Assembly: GCA_965242965.1 (NCBI GenBank)
Contig: OZ251518.1
Location: forward strand, 4,096,001 to 4,160,000
Origin: Candidatus Poribacteria bacterium
GTDB lineage: Bacteria; Poribacteria; WGA-4E; WGA-3G
Length of the DNA stretch: 64,000 nucleotides
Direction: 5' to 3'
A model generated the notes under the pieces. It searched no databases and had not been told where the DNA came from. It worked only from the letters and a program-made list of their open reading frames with translations. Each line of letters opens with the position of its first letter. Within the stretch, counting starts at the first letter, position 1. A program made the position numbers and the translations under genes. Of this stretch, positions 9,082-17,748 are shown piece by piece.

Positions 9082-9849
9082 ATGAGAAAAGTTATCTTAA
9101 CCCTCGGCGTGCTGGTGTTCAGCCTCATCGCGGCACACATCAGCACCGCCGAGATTGATATGGAGACAGCCGTCGGCATTTGGCTCTTTGATGAAGGCAA
9201 AGGCGATGTTGCCGGTGACCTGTCTGACGCAGGAAACGAGGGTGAACTCGTCAAGTCGCCCGCTTGGGTGAAAGGCAAATTCGGGATGGCTCTCGAATTT
9301 GACGGGAAAGCCAGCTGCGTCAAAACCGAACAGAAACTCCTTGATAGTTTAGAGGAGTTTACGATTATCCTGTGGGTGCAGACCGGGGACATCACCGCGA
9401 ATCGTATCGGCCTCGTCGGGCAAAACGATTCGCCAGAATTCGGGTTTATCAATCCGAACGAGTTGAACCTCTGGACACCCACCGCCGGTGGAACTTCAAA
9501 CCCGTGGGAATTCAAGCACGATGATGGCGAGTGGCACCACGTCGGATGTGTCGCCACGACAGACTATGTCCACGTCTATATTGATGGTGAATATGTTGAG
9601 AAGAAGGGCGGCTGGGCAAATCACGGCGCGTCTAATTTCAACGTCAACATCGGCGGCTGCGGCGTGTGGGACCCCGATGGTAACTTTTTCACCGGTGCTA
9701 TAGACGAAGTCGCCATCTTCCACTCTGCGCTGGAGCAAGAGGATATCCAGACGTTAATGGATGGATTCCAGACCTACTTGGCAGTTGAACCTGCCAATAA
9801 GTTGAGTGTGACGTGGGGACATCTGAAAAAGGTTAACCATTTCCGGTAA
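9082..9849 (+). CDS. Secreted LamG/concanavalin-like jellyroll protein (copy 2, tandem paralog)
   Basis: Near-identical to copy 1 except one internal segment; same C-terminal tail. Confidence 0.9.
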   Translation: MRKVILTLGVLVFSLIAAHISTAEIDMETAVGIWLFDEGKGDVAGDLSDAGNEGELVKSPAWVKGKFGMALEFDGKASCVKTEQKLLDSLEEFTIILWVQTGDITANRIGLVGQNDSPEFGFINPNELNLWTPTAGGTSNPWEFKHDDGEWHHVGCVATTDYVHVYIDGEYVEKKGGWANHGASNFNVNIGGCGVWDPDGNFFTGAIDEVAIFHSALEQEDIQTLMDGFQTYLAVEPANKLSVTWGHLKKVNHFR

Positions 9850-9875
9850 CGTTGTCGAAAACGTTCCATATTCAC

Positions 9876-10375
9876 GTAGGGCGAGGGCCTGTCCCTCGCC
9901 ATCCAACGATCGCGGGGGACAGGCCCCCGCGCTACGGTGTCCGGAACGGCCTCCCTTTACCGTAGGGCGAGGGCCTGTCCCTCGCCACGCACCGATCGCG
10001 AGAAAACCCGATCGCAGGCCGAAGACCACGCGCTCCGGGGCCTGAAACGATCGCGGGGGACAGGCCCCCGCGCTACGGTATTCGGAACGGCCTCCCTTAC
10101 CGTAGGGCGAGGGCCTGTCCCTCGCCATGCACCGATCGCGAAGAAACTCGCTCGGAACGGAGCTTGAAACGATCGCGGGGGACAGGCCCCCGCGCTACGG
10201 TGTCCGGAGCGGTCTCCTTTTACCGTAGGGCGAGGGCCTGTCCCTCGCCATCCAACAACCGCGCGCAAAACAGGCCCCCGCGCTAAGCCCATCTCTGTAG
10301 TTTGTGATCGCCTGATCACAAACGGTTCAGGATCTGGCGATCCTGACCTACAGAGGTGATGCAGTCTGACAGCCC
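9876..10375. repeat. Alternating inverted A/B REP array
   Basis: Four A hairpins alternating with inverted B hairpins, then a GTAGTTTGTGATCGCCTGATCACAAAC doublet. Confidence 0.95.
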
Positions 10376-10404
10376 GCCGGTAACGTGCTGTTTTTGCACA
10401 CAAA

Positions 10405-10623
10405 ATGAACATACAAGAAATGCTAACGCAGGAGATGCGTGAACTGCGCCGCTGCAACCCCGCGTTTCACGAACTTTTGAATGAACTTCTTCATTACAAA
10501 GACGGCACCGGAAATTATTCGGTCGACCGGCACAAGAAGTTGGACGAAGAGCCGGATATTGAGACGCTCGCAGCGCGAATCCAACGCAGACGCGAAACCG
10601 CGCAGAAGAACGAAAACGCGTAA
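10405..10623 (+). CDS. Small hypothetical protein
   Basis: 72-aa non-repeat ORF with a charged, helical composition, directly upstream of the R-M gene. Confidence 0.5.
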   Translation: MNIQEMLTQEMRELRRCNPAFHELLNELLHYKDGTGNYSVDRHKKLDEEPDIETLAARIQRRRETAQKNENA

Positions 10624-10685
10624 ACGAAAACCACACGGTAGGCGCGCTTACAAACCCGCGCCTACCAACACGATTTCACACGATT

Positions 10686-13600
10686 ATGCCAACACTTAAA
10701 CTCAAACCCACACATGCCGCCATCACCGAATACTACACGGCGCAGGAACGATACGCACGACAGAACGTCACCCGCGAAACAGCCGTGCGCGGCGCATTCA
10801 TCCCACTGCTAGAAACCTGCGCACGCCAAATGCAGTGGACACTCCTCCTCGAAGAGCCACTCCATACGCAACAAAACCGCAGAATTGTCATTGACGGTGT
10901 GCTTGTTGACGATTTCCGATTGCCGCAAGGTTACTACGAAGCGAAGGATATCCTCGATGATCTCGATGCCGAAATTGACAAGAAAATCGCCGCGGGCTAC
11001 CCACTTGACAATACCCTCTTCCAAAACCCCGAACGCGCGGTGCTTTATCAAAACGGCGAGATGGTGATGGAGGCAGACTTGGCGGATGCGGAACAACTGG
11101 TCGAAATCCTCAAGGCGTTTTGTGCCTACCGTTCCGATAACGTCACCGAATGGCAGGCGGCGGTGGCGGACTTCAAAACGCAGGTGCGCGCACTCGGACA
11201 ACGGGCGACGCGCCTCATCCAAGCCGAACTGCAGCAGAACCCACACTTTCAAGAGGTGTTCACCACTTTTCACCAACACTGCCGAGATTCAATCAACCCC
11301 AATCTCTCTACCGCCGCGGTGGAGGAGATGTTGGTGCAACACCTGCTGATAGAACGAACGTTCCGGACCGTTTTCAATAACCCCGATTTCACGCAGCGGA
11401 ACGTCATCGCGCGCGAAATCGCGAACGTTACCCAAGTGTTAATGGAACGGATGCCCAGTTCCGGCGAATTCCTCAAACCGTTGGACCGGTTTTATGACAC
11501 CATCGAACGCACCGCCGCCGATTTGAAGGACTTCTCCCAAAAACAGCACTTCCTTAACACCGTCTATGAGCAGTTCTTCCAAGGCTTTTCGGTTGACGTG
11601 GCGGATACGCACGGCATCGTCTACACCCCGCAACCTATCGTCAGTTTCATGGTGAAAAGCGTTGAACAGATTCTGCAAACCGAGTTTAACCGTTCGCTTT
11701 CGGATGCCGGGGTGCATCTCATCGACGCGTTCGTCGGCACCGGCAATTTCATCGTGCATCTCATGCGCGAAATCGGCGACAAAAGCAAAATCGCACTGAT
11801 GGACAAATACGCCGAGGGACTCTGGTGCAACGAGGTCTTGCTCTTACCCTATTACATCGCAACGCTCAACATCGAACACGAATTCTACGTCGCCACCGGG
11901 ACATACCGCCCCTTTGAAGGCATCTGTCTCGTCGATACGTTTGACTTGGCGGAAGGGAGACAGGCGGAGATGTTCGCGCCTGACAATACGCAACGCGTGG
12001 AGAAGCAGAAGGCTGCACCGATGTTCGTCGTCATCGGAAATCCACCCTATAACGCTGGACAAATCAACGAAAACGATAACAATAAGAATCGAAAGTATCC
12101 AGCAATGGATGCACGCGTGAAAGAGACATACGCGCAAGCCTCCAACGAGCAAAATAAAAAGCCTCTCGCGGACGCGTATGTTAAAGGACTCCGGTGGGCT
12201 TCCGACAGAATCGGCAAGGAAGGCATCGTCGCTGTCGTCACAAACAACAGTTTTCTTGACGGTAGAGCATTTGATGGAATGCGGAAACATCTGGCGCAGG
12301 ATTTCACCAAAATTTACCACCTCAATTTTAAGGGGAATGCGCGCACCTCCGGGGAACGCCGCCGAAAGGAGGGAGGTAACGTTTTTGACGATGAAATCCG
12401 TGTCGGCATCGGGATAAGTTTCTTCATCAAAAAGGCGCAACCGAAATCGGAACCTGCGGAAGTGTGGCTTTACCACGTTGACGACTATCTCAAGGCACGT
12501 GATAAGCAGGAACTCTTAATGCAATTCGGGGACTATACAAAAGTTCCGATGAAACAGGTAACGCCTGATTCAAGGCACACTTGGCTCACAGAGGATTTGC
12601 GTCCCGAATTTGAGACTTTTCTCCCTATGGGGAGCAAGAAAGCAAAAAAAGGCGAAGGAAATACCATTTTCGGCACTTTCTGCTGCGGTTTGCAAACTGC
12701 AAGAGATGTGTGGTGTTATCATTTCGACCGGGACGAACTCGCGCGAAACATGCGCGCGATGATTGACACCTACAACGGGGAGGTTTTCAGATGGGAACGG
12801 CGCACGAACCTAGATGAACAACTTGACTCCTTTGTAATTTCTGATAAGCAGAAAATTAGTTGGAGTTCGGCGTTAAAAAGTCATCTCCGGCGCGGACGCA
12901 TTGCGGAATTTTCAGAAGAGAAAATTCGCCAAGCACTCTATCGTCCCTTCACGAAAATGCATCTTTTCTTCGATCGCATTCTTGATCATGCCGTTTTTCT
13001 GTTCCCATCCATTTTCCCGACTCCCGAAACGGAAGGGGAGAATCGGGTGATATGTGTCAAGGCACCGGGTTCAACCAAACCTTTTCACGCGCTGATGACT
13101 GACATCATTCCTGATTACCATTTCACAGGGGATTCTCGGTGCTTTCCGTTCTATACTTACGATGAGGATGGGACGAATCGGCGTGAGAACATCACGGATT
13201 GGGCATTGGCGGCGTTCCGTTCGCATTACGGCGATGCTTCGATCACGAAGTGGGATATTTTCAACTATACTTACGGGCTGTTGCATCATCCTGCGTATGG
13301 CGAGACGTATCGGGCGAATTTGATGCGCGATTTGCCGCATATCCCGTTTGCGGCAGATTTCTGGGCATTTGCGAAGGCGGGTGCGCGGTTGGCAGAGTTG
13401 CATGTTGACTATGAGTCGCAGCCGGAGTATCCGTTGCGTTTGGCGGAGAATCCTGATGCCTCTCCCGATTGGCGCGTGGAGAAGATGAAGTTGTCGAGGG
13501 ACAAGACAGAGATTCGGTATAATGCGTGGTTAACGCTGGCGGACATTCCTGCGGCTGCGTTTTCGTATCGGTTGGGAGCGCGTTCGGCGTTGGAGTGGGT

Positions 13601-13760
13601 TGTGGAGCAGTATCGTGTCAAACGCAATGACCCGAGTGGCATCGTGAACGATGCGAATTGTTTGGGTTCGGAGCGCGCTATCGTGCGGCATCTCTGTCAG
13701 GTGACATGGGTGAGTTTAGAGACGGTTCGGGTTGTTTCGGGTTTGCCGGGGTTGATTTGA
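10686..13760 (+). CDS. Single-polypeptide R-M enzyme: N-terminal nuclease-like domain, N6-adenine MTase, type ISP-like C-terminal specificity domain
   Basis: IDG...YYEAKD PD-(D/E)xK-like motif; GIVYTPQPIV, DAFVGTGNF, IGNPPYN; GLQTARD.W, LYRPF, YTYGLLH...Y...L..DLPHIP, LAELHVDYE, SALEWVVEQY typical of the type ISP C-terminus. No SF2 helicase motifs. Confidence 0.85.
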   Translation: MPTLKLKPTHAAITEYYTAQERYARQNVTRETAVRGAFIPLLETCARQMQWTLLLEEPLHTQQNRRIVIDGVLVDDFRLPQGYYEAKDILDDLDAEIDKKIAAGYPLDNTLFQNPERAVLYQNGEMVMEADLADAEQLVEILKAFCAYRSDNVTEWQAAVADFKTQVRALGQRATRLIQAELQQNPHFQEVFTTFHQHCRDSINPNLSTAAVEEMLVQHLLIERTFRTVFNNPDFTQRNVIAREIANVTQVLMERMPSSGEFLKPLDRFYDTIERTAADLKDFSQKQHFLNTVYEQFFQGFSVDVADTHGIVYTPQPIVSFMVKSVEQILQTEFNRSLSDAGVHLIDAFVGTGNFIVHLMREIGDKSKIALMDKYAEGLWCNEVLLLPYYIATLNIEHEFYVATGTYRPFEGICLVDTFDLAEGRQAEMFAPDNTQRVEKQKAAPMFVVIGNPPYNAGQINENDNNKNRKYPAMDARVKETYAQASNEQNKKPLADAYVKGLRWASDRIGKEGIVAVVTNNSFLDGRAFDGMRKHLAQDFTKIYHLNFKGNARTSGERRRKEGGNVFDDEIRVGIGISFFIKKAQPKSEPAEVWLYHVDDYLKARDKQELLMQFGDYTKVPMKQVTPDSRHTWLTEDLRPEFETFLPMGSKKAKKGEGNTIFGTFCCGLQTARDVWCYHFDRDELARNMRAMIDTYNGEVFRWERRTNLDEQLDSFVISDKQKISWSSALKSHLRRGRIAEFSEEKIRQALYRPFTKMHLFFDRILDHAVFLFPSIFPTPETEGENRVICVKAPGSTKPFHALMTDIIPDYHFTGDSRCFPFYTYDEDGTNRRENITDWALAAFRSHYGDASITKWDIFNYTYGLLHHPAYGETYRANLMRDLPHIPFAADFWAFAKAGARLAELHVDYESQPEYPLRLAENPDASPDWRVEKMKLSRDKTEIRYNAWLTLADIPAAAFSYRLGARSALEWVVEQYRVKRNDPSGIVNDANCLGSERAIVRHLCQVTWVSLETVRVVSGLPGLI

Positions 13761-13774
13761 AAAGAAATTAATCC

Positions 13775-13803
13775 TTGCAATTCGGCGTAATTGCGTGTAA
13801 ATT
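13775..13803 (+). promoter_or_regulatory. Sigma70-like promoter
   Basis: TTGCAA-N17-TAAATT upstream of AGGAGG and ATG 13834. Confidence 0.5.
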
Positions 13804-13833
13804 AATATCCAAGCGACGAGAGGAGGGATTGAA

Positions 13834-14364
13834 ATGAAAGGCGTTGTTGTTTTGCTAGTGGCGTTGTTTTTGGCTGTGCCTGCGCACGGCCAGGTCAGCG
13901 AAGAAAGGCTTGAGCAGATTATGAACCGGGCTCTTGAGCCGGTGCTGAACGAACTCCGTGAACTGAACGTAAAGTTTCACAAACTGGAAGCAAAGGTCCA
14001 CGCATTGGAAGCAAAGGTCCACGAACTGGAAGTGGAGCTCATCGTGGTAAAAGAGACTGTCCAAAAGGGGGAGATTGCGTTAAGCGGGCTGACGAGCGAG
14101 GTCCGCGGGAACGGGACCCGGATTACCGATGTGCGCGAGCAACTGACTTGGCAGTCAACTGGGCTGTTAACGGTGTCAGGCTTGCTGGTGACGTTGCTGC
14201 TGTGGGTCCTCAAGAAGGTATGGGATGAGCGTCGCGCAGACCGCGCTGAGTTGGCGGCGCAGCAGGCAGAACTTGTTCGGTTGCGCGCCGAGAACGAACG
14301 GCTCAAACCCCAAATTATTACGGAACGTGGGGGTGCCGCGAATGTTTCTGGGAACGTGCCTTAA
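13834..14364 (+). CDS. Coiled-coil membrane protein (signal peptide, heptad repeats, TM segment, cytoplasmic coil)
   Basis: AHG signal cleavage site; LEAKVH heptads encoded by a 21-bp tandem repeat at ~13981-14032; GLLTVSGLLVTLLLWVL TM. Confidence 0.75.
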   Translation: MKGVVVLLVALFLAVPAHGQVSEERLEQIMNRALEPVLNELRELNVKFHKLEAKVHALEAKVHELEVELIVVKETVQKGEIALSGLTSEVRGNGTRITDVREQLTWQSTGLLTVSGLLVTLLLWVLKKVWDERRADRAELAAQQAELVRLRAENERLKPQIITERGGAANVSGNVP

Positions 14365-14429
14365 CGGGGTGAATCGAGACCGGGAGGTCTCTCCTACCGG
14401 GAACAAAGCAATATCCGAGGAAGGGAAAG

Positions 14430-16037
14430 ATGGCAACTACCAGATATTTTGAGACTCGGGGGCCGGTGGATGCGGCGTTGCACTACGTCGTGCCTCGGAC
14501 GGCGGAGTTAGCCGATTTCATCGCGCGCGTCAAACTGGGGCGGTATATCGTGATTTTCGCGCCGCGCCAGACAGGCAAGACGACGTTTTTCCGGTGGGCC
14601 CTAGCCGCGCTCGCAGCGGAAGACACAACCTATTTTCCGATTCATCTGGATTTTGAGGCGTATAAAAACTACTCGCCTGCCGATTTCTACGCCAATCTCC
14701 ACGAAGATATTCTTGAGGAGATTGAGGACGTTTTCCAGCAGCGGGGCATCGCGATGCCGGATGCCTTAACGGCGTTTTTAGCGGATGCGACGCTCACAGA
14801 TCACGTTGCCATGATAAGGTTTTTTAGAAGGTTCGCGCGTTTGCTAGGAAAGCCGCGGATTGTCCTTCTCATCGACGAATTTGATGGCATCCCGCAGGCA
14901 CTCGTGAGTGATTTTCTGTATGCACTCCGCCGTGTGTATGTCTCAAAGCGTCTTGATGACAGGGCTCCCTATAGCGTCGGCATCGTCGGTGTCAAGAACA
15001 TCACACAGTTGAACTACGATAGGACTATCTCGCCGTTTAATATCCAAGAGGAGTTCCACTTACCCAACTTCACGTTGGCACAAGTGCAGGAACTGTTCGG
15101 ACAGTATACCGCTGAAGTCGGACAACCGTTTGAACCGGCAGTCGTTGAAACCCTGCATCGGCAGACAGCCGGACAGCCGTTTCTCGTCAACCGCCTCGCG
15201 CAACTCCTCACACAGGAACCGGAGATACCGAGAACGGAGACAATCTCATTGACGCACTTCGCTGCAGCACACGCCACCGTTCTCGTGGAAGATAATGTCA
15301 ACATCCAACATCTGCGCGCCAATGTTCGCCGAAACCCGCGGTTTGAAAACCTCCTCATGAACATCGCCTTATCAGAGGACGGTGTCCTTTTCACGTTTGA
15401 CAACGAAGTCATGAGCGAACTTGCAACTTACGGTGTCATCGCCCGGGGAACCGATGGCATGTGTGAGATTGTCAATCCTATTTATCTTTACCGTATCTTG
15501 CGAACCTTCGCGCCGCTCGTCAACGGCTTAGAAGCCGACTACTACCCCGAGGACACGCGTGGGGGTAGTCACTACCTCACTTCTGATGGACAGTTGCAGA
15601 TGGACAGGCTCATGGAGAACTTCCGCGATTTCATCGCCCGCGTCGGGTTCAGGATACTGGAGGTGCCACAGACACCGCGGGAATATGTAGGACAACGCCT
15701 GCTGTTCGCCTATCTCGAACAGGTAGTGAAGCAGCAAGGCGGCGGGATGTTCCTTGAGGTGCCGACAGGGCGCGGCCGCATGGATTTACTCGTCGTCCAC
15801 CGCGGCCGCAAATATATCGTAGAAACGAAGATTTGGCACGGCACAGCGAGTTATGCAGATGGCAAGCGGCAGCTTGCCAAGTATCTCACGCTTGAGGATG
15901 CCGCCGAGGGATATTACCTCGTCTTCGATCACCGGCAGCAGCCGCAGCCCCGGACGGAAACCGAACAGATAGAGGGCAAGACGCTCCGGAGCTATGTCAT
16001 TCCTATCGTCCAAGAACGCCCATCGGACGCGGTATAG
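14430..16037 (+). CDS. AAA-like (STAND-type) ATPase with C-terminal PD-(D/E)XK nuclease domain, copy 1
   Basis: Walker A APRQTGKTT, Walker B LLIDEFD, GQPFLVN motif; C-terminal EVPTGRGRMD...VETK...QLAKY. Confidence 0.85.
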   Translation: MATTRYFETRGPVDAALHYVVPRTAELADFIARVKLGRYIVIFAPRQTGKTTFFRWALAALAAEDTTYFPIHLDFEAYKNYSPADFYANLHEDILEEIEDVFQQRGIAMPDALTAFLADATLTDHVAMIRFFRRFARLLGKPRIVLLIDEFDGIPQALVSDFLYALRRVYVSKRLDDRAPYSVGIVGVKNITQLNYDRTISPFNIQEEFHLPNFTLAQVQELFGQYTAEVGQPFEPAVVETLHRQTAGQPFLVNRLAQLLTQEPEIPRTETISLTHFAAAHATVLVEDNVNIQHLRANVRRNPRFENLLMNIALSEDGVLFTFDNEVMSELATYGVIARGTDGMCEIVNPIYLYRILRTFAPLVNGLEADYYPEDTRGGSHYLTSDGQLQMDRLMENFRDFIARVGFRILEVPQTPREYVGQRLLFAYLEQVVKQQGGGMFLEVPTGRGRMDLLVVHRGRKYIVETKIWHGTASYADGKRQLAKYLTLEDAAEGYYLVFDHRQQPQPRTETEQIEGKTLRSYVIPIVQERPSDAV

Positions 16038-16091
16038 CCACGCGTGTTATTCCACGGACGAGACTAGTTATCAACAAGGAGGCAAAAACTG

Positions 16092-17693
16092 ATGGCAACC
16101 CGATATTTTGAGACTCGAGGGCCCGTGGATGCGGCGTTGCACTACGTCGTGCCTCGGACGGTGGAGTTAGCCGATTTCATCGCGCGCGTCAAACTGGGGC
16201 GGTATATCGTTATCTTCGCGCCGCGCCAGACGGGCAAGACGACGTTCTTCCGGACAGCCCTGAAAACGTTGCTAGTTGAGGAGCCAAACTACTGTCCTAT
16301 TGAACTCAATTTCCAGGTGTATAAAAACGTCACACCGACTGCATTCTACGCGCATTTCTCGCAGAAGTTGCGCGAGGAAATTGAGAATGTCTTCCAAAAA
16401 CGGCAAGCGGTTGTTCCGGAGGCGTTGCACCGTTTGTTGGAGGAGTCAGTGCTAACCGATCATCTTGCGATGTTGGATTTCTTCAAACGTCTGGGGCGGG
16501 TGTTAGCCCCACAGCGGTTTGTCCTCATCATCGACGAGTTTGATGGTATTCCGCCGGCAATCGTGAGCGATTTTTTGTATGTGTTGCGGCAGACGTATCA
16601 TGAGGCGTTGGCTTCGCGGTGTCCGTTCAGTCTGGGGCTCGTGGGTGTGAAGGACCTCACGCAGTTGAACTACGACAGAACGATTTCGCCGTTCAATATC
16701 CAAGATGAGTTCTACTTGCCCAGCTTCACGTTGGAACAGGTGCAGGAACTGCTCGGACAGTATACCGCTGAAGTCGGACAACCGTTTGCCCCAAAGGTAA
16801 TCGAGACGTTGCATCGGCAGACAGGGGGGCAGCCCTTTCTCGTGAATCGTTTCGCGCAACTCCTCACACAGGAACTGGAGATACCTAAAACGGAGACTGT
16901 CTCACTAACGCACTTCGCGGTAGCACATGCCGCCGTTCTCGTGGAAGATAATGTCAACATCCAGCATCTGCGCGCCAATGTCCGACGAAACCCGCGGTTT
17001 GAACGTCTCCTTATGAACATCGCCTTATCAGAGAACGGCGTGCTCTTCACGCGTGACAACGAAGTCATGAGCGCACTTGCAACTTACGGTGTCATCGCCC
17101 GGGGAACCGATGGCATGTGTGAGATTGTCAATCCCATTTATCTTTACCGTATCCTGCGAACCTTCGCGCCACTCGTGAATGGCTTAGAAGCCGACTACTA
17201 CCCCGAGGACACACGTAGTGGTAGTCACTACCTCACCGCCGATGGACAGCTGCGGATGGATAGGCTCATGGAGAACTTCCGCGACTTCATCGCCCGCGTC
17301 GGGTTCAGAATTCTGAATGTGCCGGAGACACCGCGGGAATATGTAGGGCAACGCCTGCTGTTCGCCTATCTCGAACAGGTGGTAAAGCAGCAAGGCGGCG
17401 GGATGTACCTCGAAGTGCCGACAGGACGCGGCCGCATGGATTTACTCGTCGTTCACCGCGGCCGCAAATATATCGTAGAAACGAAGATTTGGCACGGCAC
17501 CGCGAGGTATGAAGCCGGCAAACAGCAACTCGCCAAGTATCTGACAGTCGAGCAGGCTGCCGAGGGATATTATCTCGTCTTCGATCATCGGCAGCAGCCA
17601 CAGCCGCGGACAGAAACCGAGCAGATAGAAGGCAGAACGCTCCGGAGCTATGTCATTCCTATCGTCCAAGAACGCCCATCGAACACCGCGTAA
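16092..17693 (+). CDS. AAA-like ATPase/PD-(D/E)XK nuclease, copy 2
   Basis: Same motifs; SD AAGGAGG. Confidence 0.85.
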   Translation: MATRYFETRGPVDAALHYVVPRTVELADFIARVKLGRYIVIFAPRQTGKTTFFRTALKTLLVEEPNYCPIELNFQVYKNVTPTAFYAHFSQKLREEIENVFQKRQAVVPEALHRLLEESVLTDHLAMLDFFKRLGRVLAPQRFVLIIDEFDGIPPAIVSDFLYVLRQTYHEALASRCPFSLGLVGVKDLTQLNYDRTISPFNIQDEFYLPSFTLEQVQELLGQYTAEVGQPFAPKVIETLHRQTGGQPFLVNRFAQLLTQELEIPKTETVSLTHFAVAHAAVLVEDNVNIQHLRANVRRNPRFERLLMNIALSENGVLFTRDNEVMSALATYGVIARGTDGMCEIVNPIYLYRILRTFAPLVNGLEADYYPEDTRSGSHYLTADGQLRMDRLMENFRDFIARVGFRILNVPETPREYVGQRLLFAYLEQVVKQQGGGMYLEVPTGRGRMDLLVVHRGRKYIVETKIWHGTARYEAGKQQLAKYLTVEQAAEGYYLVFDHRQQPQPRTETEQIEGRTLRSYVIPIVQERPSNTA

Positions 17694-17748
17694 ACTCGCG
17701 GGGTGTGCGCTAGGAGGAACACCGCTACCCGCTAAGGAGGAAACAATT

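Noticed and set aside
8242-9849. Diversity-generating retroelement TR/VR pair in the LamG duplicates
   Set aside because: Differences are not confined to adenines, both copies are full genes, and no reverse transcriptase is present.
9876-10260. Regularly spaced repeats resembling a CRISPR array
   Set aside because: Repeats alternate in orientation and type, spacers resemble one another, the same units are dispersed across the window, and no cas genes are present.
17650-17748. N-terminal extension of ATPase copy 3
   Set aside because: It overlaps copy 2; paralogy and the SD place the start at 17749.
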